DNA of 57,933 nucleotides from Candidatus Moraniibacteriota bacterium (GTDB lineage: Bacteria; Patescibacteriota; Minisyncoccia; Moranbacterales; GWC2-37-73), in assembly GCA_035390125.1 (NCBI GenBank), contig DAOOTD010000001.1, positions 182,003 through 239,935 on the forward strand, given 5' to 3'. Of the stretch, positions 56,658-57,933 are shown in pieces. Each line of letters opens with the position of its first letter. Positions within the stretch are counted from its first letter, which is position 1. The notes beneath the pieces are model-generated. The model did not search any database, was not told the origin of the DNA, and was given only the letters and a program-made list of their open reading frames with translations. The translations under genes were made by a program, and so were the position numbers.

Positions 56658-57933
56658 TTACCATCCGCCTCCGCCGCCTCCGCCGCCTCCGCCGCCAGAA
56701 CCGCCACTACCGCCCGAGCCTGAAGGCGCAGAGGTGTTAGAAGAAATATCTGAAGATAAATTATCCATAGCACTAACAAAACTATCAGTATTAAAAGAAG
56801 AAAGGCTTCCTGCATACCAAGCTGGGGCATAAGTGTTGTAAAAATCCTTTCCGTAGATTTCTTCCATCCTTTTTATCCATTCTTCGGTTATTCCGAAAAC
56901 AATCGCATACGGCAGAAATTTTTCAAAAATGTTTTCTTTTTCATAAAATTTTGCCCGATCCTTATCTACTGTCTCCATGAATAATTTAAATCCTTTTATT
57001 TCCCAGTTAAGGTTGGCTCCTGCTATGGTCCGCTTGGGCATAAAAATAGCAAAAATGAAAATTTCCAAAACAGATAACGCACAGCAATAAAAATATATAG
57101 AACTGAGATTAAAAATATTCCCCAAGATAACCCCTATAAATACAAAAATGATAACAATAATTCCAGTCAGATATCTTTGTATGCGTAAGCCTTTGGGATC
57201 AATTAGCTTCTTATCTCCTAAAATTTGCTGGGTTGCTAACTTGATTTCCTCAATATTTTTATAGAAAGAGTTCTTTAAACCTGATATTTTTTTATTTTTT
57301 TTATCCTCGAAAATAAAATTTAGAATTTCTTTTTGAGCTATATTTAGATTTTTTTCAGCTTCTGCACCTTCCTTTTTCTCCAACTCATAATCCTTACTTT
57401 CAAAAAACAATATTTTTTCCGAAATTTCCTTGATATTTATGATTCCTCGCGTTGCGAAATAAATTATTTCAGCCGTGATTAAATTATTGTTAAACATCCC
57501 GTTTTTCATCAGCATCCCGAGTTCAATTGGGCTTAAATTTCCTGGTGCATCATATTCTGGAATTATGGCTTTATCCACTTTCGGATCCTTGCCAAATTTC
57601 CACCATAAATAAAAACAGATGATAAATGTTATAATCGGAATAATTATAAAAATATATTTGCCATACAATTCCCAGAAGCTGAACTGATATGGTGTTAAAA
57701 TATTTTTAGGAAAAGTTATAGAAGCGGTAATTCCCTCTCTAACTAATAATGTTCTCTCAGAGGTAAATTCTAAAATATTCGGGCTACTCCAATAAAAATT
57801 CGCTAAGCCTTTGCTTTTTGAACCAAGTGCTCCTGTATAATAATCGACGGCGCTGTTTTCTCTGTTTATTTCTTCGGGAAAAATAAATTTAGCATGAAAT
57901 TTGTCCGTTTCAATATCCCAAAAGTTTCCATTC
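56658..57933 (-). CDS. DUF2207-like membrane protein with a poly-Gly tail (5' end beyond the window)
   Basis: The track start at 57668 is a TTG. By hand translation the frame stays open upstream to the window edge (...NGNFWDIETDKFHAKFIFPEE...ITFPKNILTPYQFSFWELYGKY...). TM helices, then SGSGGSGGSGGGGGGGGGGGW at the C-terminus. Confidence 0.8.
   Translation of the reverse strand, partial: NGNFWDIETDKFHAKFIFPEEINRENSAVDYYTGALGSKSKGLANFYWSSPNILEFTSERTLLVREGITASITFPKNILTPYQFSFWELYGKYIFIIIPIITFIICFYLWWKFGKDPKVDKAIIPEYDAPGNLSPIELGMLMKNGMFNNNLITAEIIYFATRGIINIKEISEKILFFESKDYELEKKEGAEAEKNLNIAQKEILNFIFEDKKNKKISGLKNSFYKNIEEIKLATQQILGDKKLIDPKGLRIQRYLTGIIVIIFVFIGVILGNIFNLSSIYFYCCALSVLEIFIFAIFMPKRTIAGANLNWEIKGFKLFMETVDKDRAKFYEKENIFEKFLPYAIVFGITEEWIKRMEEIYGKDFYNTYAPAWYAGSLSSFNTDSFVSAMDNLSSDISSNTSAPSGSGGSGGSGGGGGGGGGGGW
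56664..56696 (-). repeat. GGN-codon tandem run encoding the poly-Gly tail
   Basis: tccgcctccgccgcctccgccgcctccgccgcc on the plus strand. Coding low-complexity sequence, not an independent element. Confidence 0.9.

Noticed and set aside
56664-56722. A GC-rich tandem CCG/CCT repeat that stands out in an AT-rich window. Considered as a repeat element or array.
   Set aside because: It is in frame as GGN codons encoding the Gly/Ser tail of the DUF2207-like protein, so it is coding low complexity and not an independent repeat or CRISPR.
1-57933. Searched for CRISPR arrays, rRNA, tRNA, transposases, integrases, phage genes, toxin-antitoxin pairs and known defence genes.
   Set aside because: I saw no regularly spaced direct repeats, no tRNA-like G+C-rich cloverleaf in any spacer over 100 nt, and no recombinase or nuclease motifs. 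Apart from roughly 16.5-19.1 kb and 54.5-57.9 kb, the window is core housekeeping DNA.

Overview
This is a low-GC, gene-dense bacterial window with almost no accessory DNA. About 85% of the genes lie on the minus strand. The gene content points to a reduced-genome Patescibacteria/CPR-type organism, though that placement is inference only: ADP-forming acetyl-CoA synthetase, a DUF4012 plus GT4 glycosyltransferase envelope cluster, sigma-r4/HARE-HTH proteins, minimised aminoacyl-tRNA synthetases and many lineage-specific hypotheticals.

Recognisable housekeeping genes are lepA, murJ, recJ, dnaJ, the hrcA-grpE-dnaK operon with two CIRCE operators, yidD, cysS, dnaB, recR, rplU, alaS, mnmA, pheS, tyrS, secDF, secA, hpf, murB and a P-type ATPase. 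I found no rRNA, tRNA, CRISPR array, transposase, integrase or prophage.

The observations most worth a second look are:
1. A three-gene module (33.3-37.9 kb): a sigma-r4/HARE-HTH protein, a membrane-anchored protein, and a soluble VirD4/TraD-like ATPase ending in a CxxC-x17-CxxC zinc ribbon. No other type IV secretion genes are present.
2. A mitochondrial-architecture PheRS (PheS catalytic core fused to an FDX-ACB domain), preceded by a 142-aa stub of PheT.
3. A relatively G+C-rich, ~136-nt multi-hairpin RNA candidate with its own promoter, downstream of dnaK.
4. A catalytically intact Nudix domain fused to GrpE inside the heat-shock operon.
5. SecD carrying an inserted parvulin-like PPIase domain that looks circularly permuted.
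6. Two unannotated paralogous Cys-rich mini-proteins behind yidD.
7. A pair of orphan proteins next to a DUF2207 gene, one with weak ADP-ribosyltransferase-like motifs.

All family calls come from motif recognition by eye. No database search or folding computation was run.
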